The notes under the pieces are model-generated. The model did not search any database. It had not been told where the DNA came from and saw only the letters and a program-made list of their open reading frames with translations. A DNA stretch of 64,000 nt, taken from Nitrospiraceae bacterium (GTDB lineage: Bacteria > Nitrospirota > Thermodesulfovibrionia > UBA6902). The stretch is from positions 11,667 to 75,666 of the forward strand of contig QZKC01000068.1 of NCBI GenBank assembly GCA_003599425.1. The letters run 5' to 3'. Numbering within the stretch: position 1 is the first letter of the stretch; every line of letters starts with the position of its first letter. The position numbers and the translations under genes are program-made. Shown here one piece after another: positions 48,946 to 60,912 of the stretch.

Positions 48946-50936
48946 TATCCATCTCCTTTCTCAAGGTAAGCAACAGCCCGGTTGATCGCCTCCCTGTTGC
49001 CGGTGATGAAAACAATATCGCCGGCGCTGAAAACGAACTCCGGAACCGGACTTGAATGCATTTCTCCATTCCTCTCTACCGCAACAACAGTAGCTCCTGT
49101 CTTTTTCCTGAGCTGAAGTTCTCCGAGCGACCGTCCGACCGTCGAAAGATTTTCCCTCATGGCAAACAATTCTACATCAACCTTTGATAAAACCGTGCAC
49201 CTGTCAAATAAAGGTTTACGCGAAGCCGAAACCGGCTGCCTGAGCGCCCTGTAACCGTCTTCACGTATCATGTCAACATAATTGAAAATCTCATTCTTTG
49301 GTATCTGATACCGGTCCAGAACTCTCGAAAATATCTCGACTGATGTCTCAAATTCCTCGGGGATGACCTCATCTGCGCCGAGTTTAAGAAGGTCATCCAC
49401 CTCTGCGGCATACCGGGTACGCGCAATGATGAAAATATCCGGATTTTCCTGCCGTGCGGTTTTAACAATATTACGGCACGAAGCAGGGTCCGAGATCGCC
49501 ACTACGAGAATTGATGCAGTTTTTACTCCAAGCATACCGAGCACATCAGCTTTTGTTCCGTCACCGTAATAGATCGGTTCCCCGTGCTTTCTCATATCCC
49601 TTACGGTACTGTTGTTCAGTTCAAGTACCACATATGGAATATTTACTTCCTTAAGCACCCGTGTAAGATTACGGCCGTTCAGCCCGAATCCCACAACAAT
49701 GATATGTCCCGTTTTTTTCTGCGATGATATCATGTCATCAGGCAGTTCATCTTTCCATTCGATACGCTTCAGCATCGGATGGGATGTTATCCTGTCTGAT
49801 AAGGAAGGAGACAGATTTACCATGGCGGGGGTAAGGAGCATAGTTAATATGGAAGCTGACAGAAACACCTGGTATATCTCATTCGTTATCAGGCCGGCGG
49901 AAAGCCCTGCAACGGCAAGCACGAATGAAAATTCTCCTATCTGGGCGAGATTTATGCTTGCCTGTATGGAGGCCCGCACAGAACGCCTGAAAAGATACAT
50001 AGGGACAAAACTGCTTATTAATTTCAATGCGACCAGCCCTAAAACGACCAGAAGGATCAGGGTGATATTACCGGCGAAAAAAGACATATCCATAAGCATT
50101 CCTACTGATATGAAGAATAACCCGTTAAAGCTGTCTCTCAGGGGCAGTATTGTCGAGATCGCTTCATGAGAATATTCCGATTCAGAGATCACAAGGCCTG
50201 CGAGAAAGGCTCCGAGGGCGAGAGAAAGTCCGAATTCAGAGGTGATAAGGGCTGTCCCGAAACAGATTATCAGTACCGTGATGACAAAAAGTTCACGGTT
50301 CCTCGTATGAATTATCTGGTGAAGCAGCGCAGGGACAACCCACCTTGCCGAAAGCATTACAAGAGCGATTATTACCCCCGCCTTCAGTGACGTAACTGCA
50401 AGATCTCCGATCTGACCGCCTCCTGAGAGGACCGGAATAAAGAGCATGAAAGGGACTATACAGAGATCCTGAAATATAAGCACCCCTATACTGATCCTTC
50501 CATGAGGCGAATCCAGTTCAGCCCTCTCGGAAAGAAGCTTCAGTACAATAGCAGTGCTGCTCAACGCCACCAGAAACCCGATAAAGATCGATGTATTGAT
50601 ATCTCCGATCTTCTGATACGCGATAAACGACGATAATGCGCCCGCTGTCAGTACCTGCAAGCTTCCTATACCAAAAACCTCAAGGCGCATTCTTAGAAAT
50701 CGTGAAAGTGAGAACTCAAGGCCTATGGTGAAAAGCAGAAGGACAACGCCGATCTCGGCAAGTATCTGTATTGTTCCTATATCCTCGACAAATTGGAGGC
50801 CGTACGGGCCGAGCAGCATTCCTGCCAGAAGAAACCCGACGATCGAGGAGATCCTCATTCTGTGGAGGATGAATACTACACACGCAGATATGCCGAGTAT
50901 GATTATAAGAGATTTCAGGAAGACCAGTTCATGCAT
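48945..50936 (-). CDS. CPA2-family K+/H+ antiporter with C-terminal RCK (TrkA-N/TrkA-C) domains (KefB/KefC-like)
   Basis: N-terminal Na_H exchanger membrane domain. IIVVGFGLNGRNLTRVLKE Rossmann motif. C-terminal TrkA-C. 663 aa. Confidence 0.85.
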   Translation of the reverse strand: MHELVFLKSLIIILGISACVVFILHRMRISSIVGFLLAGMLLGPYGLQFVEDIGTIQILAEIGVVLLLFTIGLEFSLSRFLRMRLEVFGIGSLQVLTAGALSSFIAYQKIGDINTSIFIGFLVALSSTAIVLKLLSERAELDSPHGRISIGVLIFQDLCIVPFMLFIPVLSGGGQIGDLAVTSLKAGVIIALVMLSARWVVPALLHQIIHTRNRELFVITVLIICFGTALITSEFGLSLALGAFLAGLVISESEYSHEAISTILPLRDSFNGLFFISVGMLMDMSFFAGNITLILLVVLGLVALKLISSFVPMYLFRRSVRASIQASINLAQIGEFSFVLAVAGLSAGLITNEIYQVFLSASILTMLLTPAMVNLSPSLSDRITSHPMLKRIEWKDELPDDMISSQKKTGHIIVVGFGLNGRNLTRVLKEVNIPYVVLELNNSTVRDMRKHGEPIYYGDGTKADVLGMLGVKTASILVVAISDPASCRNIVKTARQENPDIFIIARTRYAAEVDDLLKLGADEVIPEEFETSVEIFSRVLDRYQIPKNEIFNYVDMIREDGYRALRQPVSASRKPLFDRCTVLSKVDVELFAMRENLSTVGRSLGELQLRKKTGATVVAVERNGEMHSSPVPEFVFSAGDIVFITGNREAINRAVAYLEKGDG

Positions 50937-50971
50937 GAATTCTTACCTTAAGGAATCACGTAAATTCGTTT

Positions 50972-51661
50972 TTACAAGTGGCTTATTTCATCCCTCTCTT
51001 CAGCTCCCTTCAGCTTTTCCTCAAGATATTCCTTTGCAAGGTCCCGTCCCCCGAAACCAAAAGCAACAGCGAGCGCAAGGATAACACCTCCGAAAATTAT
51101 GGCAAATGCGATGACTACGGTCTCCTTGCCTATCCCAAGCTGCTCAAGCGCCATGGTCACAGAGAGTATCAATACGGCAAATTTTACAAACCTGCTGATT
51201 ATCCCGGATATCTTTATTCCGGCGTTGACGCAGGCGATCAGGGCTGTCCTGCCGAGAAAATTCCCGACCAGATATCCGATCAGGAGGATCAGGCTCGCAA
51301 TGAAAATATTCGGGATGTAAAGCAGAAAACTTTCAAGAAGCTTGTCCATGGTGGGCACCTGGAGGGCGCTTATGGATATCCCCGCGAAGAAGATGACCAC
51401 TATCCAGCCTATCAGCTTTGAGAGCAGGTCGGAAACATTTTCCTTCATCCCGCTTTTTTTCATCATTTCAACGGCGCCGGACCTCTCGGAAAATTTGTCG
51501 ATATTGATGGCCCTGAACAGCTTCAGAAAGAGCATCCTCAATATGAACCCGACAATAAATCCGACAATCAGGATGACCACGGAAACGAGGAAATTAGGAA
51601 GGAACTGAATGATCTTATCATAAAATCTGTCCAAGGGCTCTATGAAAAATCTCTGAAACAT
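50972..51661 (-). CDS. Membrane protein with conserved-TM-helix repeats (MscS-associated-type)
   Basis: 229 aa. Repeated amphipathic TM segments with an internal repeat (LLSKLIGWIVVIFFAGISISAL and ISRFVKFAVLILSVTMALEQL). Confidence 0.5.
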   Translation of the reverse strand: MFQRFFIEPLDRFYDKIIQFLPNFLVSVVILIVGFIVGFILRMLFLKLFRAINIDKFSERSGAVEMMKKSGMKENVSDLLSKLIGWIVVIFFAGISISALQVPTMDKLLESFLLYIPNIFIASLILLIGYLVGNFLGRTALIACVNAGIKISGIISRFVKFAVLILSVTMALEQLGIGKETVVIAFAIIFGGVILALAVAFGFGGRDLAKEYLEEKLKGAEERDEISHL

Positions 51662-51682
51662 TTAAATACACCTCCTTTGTGT

Positions 51683-52927
51683 TTAATCCCAATTTTCTGA
51701 TATTAATCTTTTCTTGTCTTCGAACATTCTGCAAAGGTTTTCGATCTTTGCCTCGACTTCCTGAGCGTCGCTCTCCCATGCTTCACTGACAAATGACGCG
51801 GTCCTTCCGATGTAAAGCGGGGTGAGTGATTTCAGCAGGTGTTCTTTGTTCATCATCTTTTTGTGCACTGCGAGGGCAAACCGGTAAATGATCTCTGCCC
51901 ATATCTCATCGGTAATCCGGAATTCTTCCTTTTTCAGTCCCTGCGCCCTCTCAAGAAAAACGGTTATTTCAGCCGGAAGAAAACTTTTCCAGATGCTCAT
52001 CAGTTCCTTTACACCAAGCCTGAATTTATCGATCATCCGGTCCAGATTGACCAGTACAGGCTCAAGCCCTACTGCGTACTGAAACCCGAGCGACTGCACT
52101 GGTTCAGAACCTTTCACCGTCTTCCACATAGAAGAATACGTCTCCATAAGGTCAAAGGTTGCGCCGACGACCTGATACAGCATGGCGCTGAGATCAGCTC
52201 CCGGGTCTTTGGGATCATGGATCTTTGCGCCGAGAAATGACTGGCATATTTTAAAATCGTTCGCTATAGCAGTTGTCGTCATCCATATGTCTATTCCGTA
52301 TCGAGCGACATCCGTTTCCCAGACATCTTTTGTCAGGTAAAACCGGGCGAGCCTTCCCGAGAAGCCGAAATCCCCTCCTATCGGCTGCCTTACCTGCCTG
52401 CCGTATAAGGCCCTCGTGATCGGATATATAATGCTGTTTGTGATAGTGCCGTCATATTTATGCCGGTGATAAAGAGGCGCCACATAATCATACTCACTCT
52501 CAATAACAGGCTTGATAAGCAGCTCTATCCATTCGGGTGTGATGCTTCTGAGGTCTGAGTCCACTACTGCGCAAGCTTTTACGTTCAGTGCTTCCGCTAT
52601 CTGGAATATGGTCCTGAACGCGCTTCCCTTCCCGGGAATACCGTGGTAAGGCGTTGACAGTTTGAAGACCTGTGAGACCCTGTGCTGGAGCAGGATGGAC
52701 TGAAAGTCCTCAACCGCAGTATTCTGCACCACGTCTATGGTACCGTCCTTGGAGCCGCCGTCAGAATTTACGAGCACGCATTTCCGGTCAGGAAAATACT
52801 TCGCGAAACCTGCGTGGACCGCCTTCACGACATGTCCTATTGTCTTTGAATTATTGTAACTCGGGATCCCGACAAGGATATCCGCCTCTTTTATCTCGCT
52901 TATTCTGTCCTGAATATCTTTTCTCAA
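51683..52927 (-). CDS. GT-A fold glycosyltransferase, glucosyl-3-phosphoglycerate-synthase-like
   Basis: ILVGIPSYNNSKTIGHVV...VNSDGGSKDGT resembles GpgS/MpgS-type retaining GTs. 414 aa. Adjacent to treY. Confidence 0.55.
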   Translation of the reverse strand: MRKDIQDRISEIKEADILVGIPSYNNSKTIGHVVKAVHAGFAKYFPDRKCVLVNSDGGSKDGTIDVVQNTAVEDFQSILLQHRVSQVFKLSTPYHGIPGKGSAFRTIFQIAEALNVKACAVVDSDLRSITPEWIELLIKPVIESEYDYVAPLYHRHKYDGTITNSIIYPITRALYGRQVRQPIGGDFGFSGRLARFYLTKDVWETDVARYGIDIWMTTTAIANDFKICQSFLGAKIHDPKDPGADLSAMLYQVVGATFDLMETYSSMWKTVKGSEPVQSLGFQYAVGLEPVLVNLDRMIDKFRLGVKELMSIWKSFLPAEITVFLERAQGLKKEEFRITDEIWAEIIYRFALAVHKKMMNKEHLLKSLTPLYIGRTASFVSEAWESDAQEVEAKIENLCRMFEDKKRLISENWD

Positions 52928-52964
52928 AGTAATGTTCTCCCTGCTTATTTATCTGTTATAAAGA

Positions 52965-55958
52965 TTATACAGCCTCATTCAGCAAAGCAACAGGAAAATT
53001 TCCAAGCACATCCGAGAGATGCAAAACAACAATGCCGTCCCTGCGAACAGCCGTCACATCCTCTCCGGTGAAAATATTCCGGCATTTTCTCCCTTCATTC
53101 ATAAAAGGTATTGCGATATGCGTATCACCCCACACAGCTTCACCAAGAGGCATCGTCATTACAGGAGCTACCCGCGTATAAAACCTCGGAGCCGCAATCA
53201 CAAGTGTCCGGCCCCCTTCTTTTCTGGCAAAAGCACATACATTGTCTTTCAACCGGCCCTGTGCTTCGAGAGGTATATATTCACCTTTTTCAAAAAGCTC
53301 CCTGTTCTGCCTGCGAAAATTCAGCGCCCTGGATATCAGATAGAGCTTTACAGCCCCGCTATCCATGTTTTCCGTTAACTCTCTCGCAAGCTGCTGAAGC
53401 GGGATCTCTGCTTCCTTCTGCCTCATTTCCTCCAGCATTTTTATTCTTGCCGGGTAATCTACCGGCCTGCGGTTGTCCGGGTCAACGAGACTGAAATTCC
53501 ATATCTCCGTACCCTGATAAAAATCCGGCGCCCCCGGAGAGGTAATTTTCAACAGGGTCTGAGACAGGGAATTGAACATCCCGTAATGAGAGACCTTTTT
53601 CTGGAACGGCAGTAAGTCCCTCAGGAAGGCGCTGTCAGGATACGGTTCCATAACCCTTTCAATAAAGATGATCAGGGCCTCTTCATAAATTGTGTTCGGG
53701 CTTATCCAGCTTGAATTCACTTTTGCTTCACGGACCGCCTTCAGCATGTAGTCCTTGATCCTGCTTTTAAAACCCTCATATTCGTTTTTGTCCATCTCAT
53801 TTTCCGGCCACGCGCCTATCATAGTCTGATACAGGAGATATTCCTCGTTCCGTTCAGGTACATGTTCATCCGCAACAGCCATCTTTTTCCTTTTGTTCAA
53901 ACGGCTCCAGCGGAACAGGCAGTCTTTCCATTCCCCGGGGATCTCTGAAAGGACATTTATCCTCGTCCTAACATCCTCGCCCCTTTTTGTGTCATGTGTA
54001 GAGGTTGCGATCATGGCATGAGGCCAGAATTTGAACCGTTCTATATTCTGCCCGTGAAATGTATCAAGGGTCGTGCCGAACCGGTCCGGACTTCCGCCTA
54101 CTTCATTCAGCGACACAAACCGGTTGTAGACATAGCACGCTGTGTCCTCAACCCCTTTTGCCATAACAGGACCGGTGATCTGCTGGAATGTCATGACAAA
54201 GTCGATCCATTCTTTTTTGTCCTCGTCGCTGAAATGCTCCGGGAAATTGAGGTGGAGAACGTTCTTCAGAAAATCATAGATCGACTCGCTGATCGCGGGA
54301 TTCTTCCTCTTGGCCTTCGCTACCGCATATTCTATGTACTTCCGGTCCCTGTCATTTGCGCCATACTGGTTGATATACGTTCTGTAAACAGGGAAAAAAG
54401 CGATCACCTCAATAATTGCGTCAGTCAGGCTGTTGAGCGTAAAATCACGGGTATGCCGGTCCTTTTCAGATATGGCGTTCAGATAATGACCGATCGTATT
54501 GATCTCGCTCGACATGGATACCAGCATGATCAGTTTTTTCTTTTCATAAACGATCTCCTGATAATTCAGGTCCTCTCTGATAAACCTTGAATATATGCCG
54601 TCAAAATCTTTTGCCTTTGTCGTATCGATGAATATGCCGTTCAGTGTATTTAAAAAAACATATCCTGTCGTACTGAATATCGGCCAGCCTTCGGGCATCC
54701 GCTCTCCCCTGATAAGTATCTTTTCTCCAACAATATAAAAAGGTTTGAACAGAGGGTCTTCCTGCACCCTCTGCACATACTCTCTCAGTAGTTCCTGCTC
54801 TGGTTCACCGGCATTTATGTCGTGCAAAACTTCTGACGAGACGTACATCGCAGCCTTTATGAAACAATACCGCTGCAAACGCCTGAAATACTCGGCAGGG
54901 TCATACAGCCCGTCGGGATGGTCGACCCGGAGGCCGGTCACCTTCCCTTCACCAACAAGCTCCATAACAAGTTTGTGCGTCTTCTGAAAGACCTCTTCGT
55001 TTTCAACACAGATCGCAGCAAGTTCATTGATGTCAAAGAACCTCCTGTAATTGATCTCCTCAGTGGCGACCCTCCAGAAGGAAAGGCGGTACACCTGTTC
55101 GCTGATCAGGTTGTCAAGAAGATCGAAGCTGCGTGGATCTCCCTTGACCCCATTGAACAGCCGCACATTATTGTCAATAAACATCATGACGTCGGAACTC
55201 TCGCTGTAAAGATTTGAGAGACGCTTCTTGATGATCTCCTTTTCCCTGTGGCGTTCCCGGACCTTTTCATGGTCTTTTTCCGTATACGACGGCAGATGTT
55301 CTATCGCGGTAATGATGCTCAGAAGTTCTGTAAGGTGCGGGTTCTCGGCTGTGAGTAATTCCTCAAGCGCTGAAATGCCATGCTTCAATATCAGTGTGTA
55401 TGTCTGAGGCCTGACCGGAAATCTGTGTTCATAATAGCTGATGAAGAAGGCCCCTTCATGAAAAGATAAGGTAATCTCCTTGTTCTCAAGAACAATACCG
55501 TACTGGGCGCCGAGTACGGGCAGGAGGACCTTGTCCTTAAGTTCTCTTTTTACCGGCTCCCAGTCCACATCAAAGTAAACGTCAAATACGGAGCTCTGCC
55601 CATTTTCAAGCAGGTCCATCCACATCGCATTTTCATTGCCGATCCCCATGTGATTGGGCACGATATCGAGTATCTGTCCCATGCCGAATTCCCTGAGTCC
55701 GGCAGTGAAATCTTCATACTCCTCCCTTGTGCCGATCTCAGGGTTGAGAACATTATGGTCCACAATATCATATCCATGGAGACTGCCCTTTTTGGCGCCG
55801 AGATACGGCGATGAGTATATATCTGAAATTCCGAGCTGGTTGAGGTAGCCGATGATCGCCTTTGCGTCAGGGAACCTGAAACTCCTGTTGAACTGAAGCC
55901 TGTATGTCGCAGCCGGTATCCTGGTTTTCAGCATATCGGCAACTTCCTTATTTCTCAT
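52965..55958 (-). CDS. treY: Malto-oligosyltrehalose synthase TreY
   Basis: N-terminus ATYRLQFNRSFRFPDAKAIIGYLNQLGISDIYSSPYLGAKKGSLHGYDIVDHN and DIVPNHMG (GH13). 997 aa. Confidence 0.8.
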   Translation of the reverse strand: MRNKEVADMLKTRIPAATYRLQFNRSFRFPDAKAIIGYLNQLGISDIYSSPYLGAKKGSLHGYDIVDHNVLNPEIGTREEYEDFTAGLREFGMGQILDIVPNHMGIGNENAMWMDLLENGQSSVFDVYFDVDWEPVKRELKDKVLLPVLGAQYGIVLENKEITLSFHEGAFFISYYEHRFPVRPQTYTLILKHGISALEELLTAENPHLTELLSIITAIEHLPSYTEKDHEKVRERHREKEIIKKRLSNLYSESSDVMMFIDNNVRLFNGVKGDPRSFDLLDNLISEQVYRLSFWRVATEEINYRRFFDINELAAICVENEEVFQKTHKLVMELVGEGKVTGLRVDHPDGLYDPAEYFRRLQRYCFIKAAMYVSSEVLHDINAGEPEQELLREYVQRVQEDPLFKPFYIVGEKILIRGERMPEGWPIFSTTGYVFLNTLNGIFIDTTKAKDFDGIYSRFIREDLNYQEIVYEKKKLIMLVSMSSEINTIGHYLNAISEKDRHTRDFTLNSLTDAIIEVIAFFPVYRTYINQYGANDRDRKYIEYAVAKAKRKNPAISESIYDFLKNVLHLNFPEHFSDEDKKEWIDFVMTFQQITGPVMAKGVEDTACYVYNRFVSLNEVGGSPDRFGTTLDTFHGQNIERFKFWPHAMIATSTHDTKRGEDVRTRINVLSEIPGEWKDCLFRWSRLNKRKKMAVADEHVPERNEEYLLYQTMIGAWPENEMDKNEYEGFKSRIKDYMLKAVREAKVNSSWISPNTIYEEALIIFIERVMEPYPDSAFLRDLLPFQKKVSHYGMFNSLSQTLLKITSPGAPDFYQGTEIWNFSLVDPDNRRPVDYPARIKMLEEMRQKEAEIPLQQLARELTENMDSGAVKLYLISRALNFRRQNRELFEKGEYIPLEAQGRLKDNVCAFARKEGGRTLVIAAPRFYTRVAPVMTMPLGEAVWGDTHIAIPFMNEGRKCRNIFTGEDVTAVRRDGIVVLHLSDVLGNFPVALLNEAV

Positions 55959-55979
55959 ATATTCTCCCGCTGTGCTCCA

Positions 55980-57812
55980 TCAGGAATTGACCTCTCTTAA
56001 GAAAATCACAACGCTGTTCGCCGTTAGCGTAATTTCAGGTCCCGGCATCAGCGTATCAGGCATGGCCGCTCCGGGGCCTTCCCATACAGTATCTGAAGAG
56101 TCAAGGATCTTTTTCCAGGAACCTTCCGGCGCGTCCCATCTTTTTCTGACCTCAACATTACTGAAATTGCATGTGATAAAAACACTGCTTTCGCCTTTCC
56201 ACCGTGTCATGAACAGTGTTTTATCCTCCTCTGAGAATTGAACATTGAGTTTTGTCTTGCTGAGATTTGCGAGAGCAGGAACTTTTGTCCTGAGAGCGAT
56301 AAGTTCCCTGTAGAAATTCAGCAGGACCCTGTTCCTGCCAGACCTCCTTTTTTCCCATTGTATTTTAGATCTCATAAAGGTATCAGCGCTCTGAGGATCC
56401 GGAGGTTCGGCCTTCCATGTGAAGCGTTTGAACTCTTCTTTTCTTCCTCTGCGCACAGCATCAACAAGCTCATGGTCAGAGTGGCTGATAAAGTAAAGGA
56501 ACGGCGCTTCTTCTCCATACTCTTCTCCCATAAAAAAAAGCGGGACAAAAGGAGAGAGCAGGACAATTCCTGCCGCAAGTTTCAATGATTCAAACGGCAG
56601 CAGGCCTGACAGCCTTTCGCCGAGCATCCTGTTGCCGATCTGGTCATGATTCTGTGAAAACACCACAAACTGTTCAGCAGGAAGATCGCTCGATGAATTG
56701 CCCTGATTCCTTTTCCTGTATTCTGAATAGCGCCCTGAATAGACAAAGCCCTCTTTCAGGGATCTGGCAAGATGCTCCATTGTGCCGAAATCAATATAGT
56801 ATCCATCAGACTCACCTGTTAAAATGGTATGGATACAGTGATGGAAATCATCGCACCACTGGGCGTCAAGGCCGTCTCCACCCTTATCTCTTTTCCTTAT
56901 CACCCTTGAATCGTTCAGGTCGCTCTCAGCGATCAAATAGTGCTTTCTCCCTGCATTGGCGCAAAACTCTTCAGTCCTCTCCGCAAGCTCAAGAAGGAAG
57001 GGCCTTGCGCTCATATCAGCAATGCCGTGTATAGCATCAAGGCGAAGAGCATCTATGTGGTAATGAGCAAACCATTGAAGGGCATTTTCAATAAAATAAT
57101 TTCTAACCTCATTGCTGTATGCATCATCGAAATTGATCGCCTGCCCCCATGGGGTCCTGTACTTGTCTGTAAAATAAGGGCCGTAGTCCCAGAGATAATT
57201 TCCCTCAGGGCCGAGGTGGTTATATACGACATCAAGGATGACAGAAATTCCTTCTTTATGGCATTCGTTTACAAGCCTTTTCAGCCCCTCCGGGCCTCCG
57301 TATGAATTCTGCACTGCAAAAGGATACGTTCCGTCATAACCCCAGTTGCGTTCCCCGGGGAACTGCGCAACCGGCATGACCTCAATTGTGTTTACCCCAA
57401 GCTCTTTCAGGTCGCACAGCCTTGGAATGACGGCATCAAACGTGCCTTCAGGCGTAAACGTTCCCACATGCAGCTCGTACATTATCATCTCATGGAGATG
57501 AACTCCTTTCCATGACTTGTCACCCCAGTCAAAAGAACTGTGCTCGATTATCTGAGAAGGGCCGTGAACCCCTTGCGGCTGCGAGGAGGATGCAGGGTCA
57601 GGCCTGTCCCTTTCCTGATCGAGACGGTAATAGTAGAGGGTTCCCGGCAATATGTTATCTGCTGAAAAGCTCCAGTATCCCCTCCTGTCCTTCTCCATGT
57701 TATAGCACAGTTCCTCAGGCGCAACTATCTTCACTTCCACTTTTGCCAGATTTGGAGCCCATACGGTAAATCTGCACCGCCCTCCTCCGGCATACTGTGC
57801 GCCAAGCCTCAT
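55980..57812 (-). CDS. treZ: Malto-oligosyltrehalose trehalohydrolase TreZ
   Basis: [16 protein letters not shown]-domain and GH13 catalytic regions ([22 protein letters not shown]). 610 aa. Confidence 0.8.
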   Translation of the reverse strand: MRLGAQYAGGGRCRFTVWAPNLAKVEVKIVAPEELCYNMEKDRRGYWSFSADNILPGTLYYYRLDQERDRPDPASSSQPQGVHGPSQIIEHSSFDWGDKSWKGVHLHEMIMYELHVGTFTPEGTFDAVIPRLCDLKELGVNTIEVMPVAQFPGERNWGYDGTYPFAVQNSYGGPEGLKRLVNECHKEGISVILDVVYNHLGPEGNYLWDYGPYFTDKYRTPWGQAINFDDAYSNEVRNYFIENALQWFAHYHIDALRLDAIHGIADMSARPFLLELAERTEEFCANAGRKHYLIAESDLNDSRVIRKRDKGGDGLDAQWCDDFHHCIHTILTGESDGYYIDFGTMEHLARSLKEGFVYSGRYSEYRKRNQGNSSSDLPAEQFVVFSQNHDQIGNRMLGERLSGLLPFESLKLAAGIVLLSPFVPLFFMGEEYGEEAPFLYFISHSDHELVDAVRRGRKEEFKRFTWKAEPPDPQSADTFMRSKIQWEKRRSGRNRVLLNFYRELIALRTKVPALANLSKTKLNVQFSEEDKTLFMTRWKGESSVFITCNFSNVEVRKRWDAPEGSWKKILDSSDTVWEGPGAAMPDTLMPGPEITLTANSVVIFLREVNS

Positions 57813-59764
57813 GCAGACTCTCCCTGATATTTGAAAAACAGTATCCCGAGCGGCGGCAGTGTCAGGGACATTGAATAATATCTTCCCTGGGCCGGTACCG
57901 GTTTTGCTTCAACGCCTCCTGTATTTCCTTGCCCGCTTCCGCCATAATATGGGGCGTCACTGTTGAGGACTTCTTTCCAGAACCCTCCCCGCGGCGCTCC
58001 CACTCTGTAGTTATAGCGCGGCACAGGCGTGAAGTTACATACGGCAAGAACAATGCTGCTCGCGTCATTTCCCTTTCTGATAAAGCTCACGATGCTCTGC
58101 TCCCAGTCATGCATGTCTATCCATTCGAAACCATCATTTGAAAAATCCTTTTCATACAGAGCCGGTTCGTGTCTGTAAAACCAGTTCAGGTCTTTTACCC
58201 ACTTCTGAAGTCCTCCGTGTGTCTGATACTGAAGCACATCCCATTCGAGGCTTTCCTGATGGTTCCATTCCTTCCACTGTCCGAATTCACATCCCATGAA
58301 CAGCAGTTTCTTTCCCGGATGTCCGTACATGTATCCAAACAGCAGCCTTAGGTTGGCATATCTCTGCCATTCATCCCCCGGCATCTTTCCAATGAGAGAA
58401 CCCTTGCCGTGCACCACCTCATCATGGGAAAGTGGCAGCACGAAATTCTCAAAAAACGCGTACCAGATGCTGAAGGTAAGCTGGTTGTGGTGATATTTCC
58501 TGAACATGGGGTCCTGCGAAAAATATTTCAGGGTGTCATGCATCCATCCCATATTCCATTTCAGACCAAAGCCCAGCCCCCCCGCATATATGGGGCGGGA
58601 CACCATGGGCCATGCAGTTGATTCCTCTGCCAGGGTCTGCACATCGGGATAGTTCTCATAGACCGCTTCGTTGAAGCGCTTGAGAAAATTGATCGCCTCC
58701 AGATTCTCATTCCCTCCGTACTGGTTGGGTATCCAGTCTCCTCCTGTCCTGGCATAGTCCAGATAAAGCATGGACGCCACCGCGTCAACCCGCATGCCGT
58801 CAGCATGGTATTTATCAAGCCAGAACAGCGCGCTGCTGATAAGGAAATTTTTTACTTCATATCTGCCATAGTTGAATATGTAGCTTTTCCAGTCCGGGTG
58901 AAAGCCCTGTCTCATGTCTGAGTGCGAATAGAGATGTGTCCCGTCAAAATACGCGAGGCCGTGCAGGTCATCAGGAAAATGCGAAGGCACCCAGTCCAGC
59001 ACTATTCCTATGCCGTTCTGATGGAGATAATCAATAAGATACATGAAATCCTGGGGAGTGCCGTACCTGCTTGTAGGCGCGAAATATCCTGTGGTCTGAT
59101 ACCCCCATGAACCGTAGAACGGGTGCTCCATCAACGGCAGGAACTCCACGTGTGTGAATCCGTTGTCCTTCATGTAGTCGGCAAGATAATGGGCCATTTC
59201 CCGGTATGTGAGATACCTGTTGTCCTCTTCAGGCACTCTCCTCCATGAACCGAAATGCACTTCATATATTGTGATCGGCGCAGCGAGCGCGTTTGCCGCA
59301 TGCCTGTTCCTCATCCACTGGGTATCGTTCCACTCATAGTTCAGGTCCCAGACAAGCGATGCGGTCCTGGGGGGAACTTCCCACGAAAAAGCAAACGGGT
59401 CTCCCTTTTCCGCTGCGTAGCCATTATGGTGCGAAACAACATAATATTTATATACTGTTCCGTATCCAAGTCCCGGAACAAATCCCTCCCATATCCCGGA
59501 ACCGTCCCATCTCGCTGCAAGCGGATGCGATTCCCTGTTCCAGCTATTAAAGTCCCCTATAACCGAAACCTGTTTTGCATTTGGCGCCCACACAGAAAAA
59601 TGGACGCCACTTACCCCGTCGGCAGTCATCAGATGCGAACCCATCTTTTCATATAATCTGAAGTGGTTCCCTTCCTTGAACAGATATATGTCATGTTCTG
59701 TCAATGTGCTTATACCGTGTATAACTTCACCTTCGTATCCGGTCATTCTTTTTTCCATGATCAT
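57809..59764 (-). CDS. glgB: 1,4-alpha-glucan branching enzyme GlgB
   Basis: [24 protein letters not shown] and GH13 motifs ([25 protein letters not shown]). 651 aa. Confidence 0.85.
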   Translation of the reverse strand: MIMEKRMTGYEGEVIHGISTLTEHDIYLFKEGNHFRLYEKMGSHLMTADGVSGVHFSVWAPNAKQVSVIGDFNSWNRESHPLAARWDGSGIWEGFVPGLGYGTVYKYYVVSHHNGYAAEKGDPFAFSWEVPPRTASLVWDLNYEWNDTQWMRNRHAANALAAPITIYEVHFGSWRRVPEEDNRYLTYREMAHYLADYMKDNGFTHVEFLPLMEHPFYGSWGYQTTGYFAPTSRYGTPQDFMYLIDYLHQNGIGIVLDWVPSHFPDDLHGLAYFDGTHLYSHSDMRQGFHPDWKSYIFNYGRYEVKNFLISSALFWLDKYHADGMRVDAVASMLYLDYARTGGDWIPNQYGGNENLEAINFLKRFNEAVYENYPDVQTLAEESTAWPMVSRPIYAGGLGFGLKWNMGWMHDTLKYFSQDPMFRKYHHNQLTFSIWYAFFENFVLPLSHDEVVHGKGSLIGKMPGDEWQRYANLRLLFGYMYGHPGKKLLFMGCEFGQWKEWNHQESLEWDVLQYQTHGGLQKWVKDLNWFYRHEPALYEKDFSNDGFEWIDMHDWEQSIVSFIRKGNDASSIVLAVCNFTPVPRYNYRVGAPRGGFWKEVLNSDAPYYGGSGQGNTGGVEAKPVPAQGRYYSMSLTLPPLGILFFKYQGESA

Positions 59765-60912
59765 ACCTCCTTTTCATGAAAACATTTTAGAATGTGGCGT
59801 ATGCCCCGCATGGGTATGATCACCCAGTCAGGGCGGTTGTTCAGTTCATATCCTACTTCGTAGACAGCCTTTTCAAGGAGAAATGCATGAAGCAGTATCT
59901 CCATATCCTCTTTTTCCCGCGGCATGAATGGAGCTTCGCCCGCGGTCTGCATATATGATTTGAGAAAGACCCCGCTCACATGGAAGTACCACTGGTCGGC
60001 CCACGGCTTCAGCACGGGGACATCCTCAGCCCTTATAGATGCGCGCTTGAGAATGGCGCTGTAGACCGCGTAATGGAATGAGCGTATCATCCCGGCAACG
60101 TCCCTCATGGGAGACCTCTTCAGCTTCCTTTCGCTCAGAGGCCTTGCAGGTTCACCTTCAAAATCTATAATGATGAAATCGTTACCGGTAAACAGCACCT
60201 GCCCGAGATGATAGTCGCCGTGAAATCTGATTTTTGTTGTTGATATCTTATTCTTCAGTATTCTCCTGAAGGAATTAAGCACTTCCTGTTCAGATCTCAG
60301 GAAGTCAGATATTTCCTCTTTCACCTCGCCAGGAAGCCTCTTTACATTCTCCCTCGCAAGCTGCATGACCTTCAGGGTAAGCGTCCTCATGGACTGATAT
60401 ACCGACCTCTGATAGAGCATTGAAAACGGTTCGGGTGAAAAATGGGGGTCGTCAGTGGATGCAGAGAGCGCAAGATGCATCTCGGCAGTCCTTTTTCCAA
60501 GGAGAGATATCATTTCGAGGAAAAAATTTCCGATCAGTTCGATCAGTGCCGGAGGCACCTCTGAAAACTCCATATCACAGAAAGAAGGCGGCTCAGGTAT
60601 CTCCTTGATTTCCGTCCCTGTTGACAGCACCCTTTCAAAAAACTGCAGCGCTGCGTCAAGAGCAAAATTCCAGCAGTCCCCGTTATTGGGTACAAACCCC
60701 TGCAGGTGGCCTAACGTAACAGGAGACGCGTTGCCCCTTCTGTATTCGATAACACCCGCATAGGGAGGTATGCCTGCAAACCCGCGTTTTTCACTCAGGA
60801 ACCGCATCATCTCCACATCAGGGTTTATTCCCCCATCCAGTTTTCTGTAAAGTTTCAGGAAGAAAACATTCTCATAGAGAAAAGACGTGTTGCTCTGTTC
60901 CGCCTTCAGCAC
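59761..60912 (-). CDS. Maltokinase (Mak/Pep2-like, aminoglycoside-phosphotransferase fold), short form lacking the N-terminal cap domain
   Basis: [36 protein letters not shown] matches the Mak CDAEQSNTSVIFD...GINPDIEL region. [11 protein letters not shown]...IIDFEGEP catalytic loop. GTG start. The frame stays open 36 codons further upstream with no start codon. Confidence 0.65.
   Translation of the reverse strand: MLKAEQSNTSFLYENVFFLKLYRKLDGGINPDVEMMRFLSEKRGFAGIPPYAGVIEYRRGNASPVTLGHLQGFVPNNGDCWNFALDAALQFFERVLSTGTEIKEIPEPPSFCDMEFSEVPPALIELIGNFFLEMISLLGKRTAEMHLALSASTDDPHFSPEPFSMLYQRSVYQSMRTLTLKVMQLARENVKRLPGEVKEEISDFLRSEQEVLNSFRRILKNKISTTKIRFHGDYHLGQVLFTGNDFIIIDFEGEPARPLSERKLKRSPMRDVAGMIRSFHYAVYSAILKRASIRAEDVPVLKPWADQWYFHVSGVFLKSYMQTAGEAPFMPREKEDMEILLHAFLLEKAVYEVGYELNNRPDWVIIPMRGIRHILKCFHEKEV

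Noticed and set aside
49612-50169. 185-aa plus-strand ORF antisense to the KefB-like antiporter
   Set aside because: Shadow ORF of a strongly supported minus-strand gene. Low-complexity S/P/R-rich translation. Similar antisense ORFs at 8431-8946 and 53994-54590 were discarded for the same reason.
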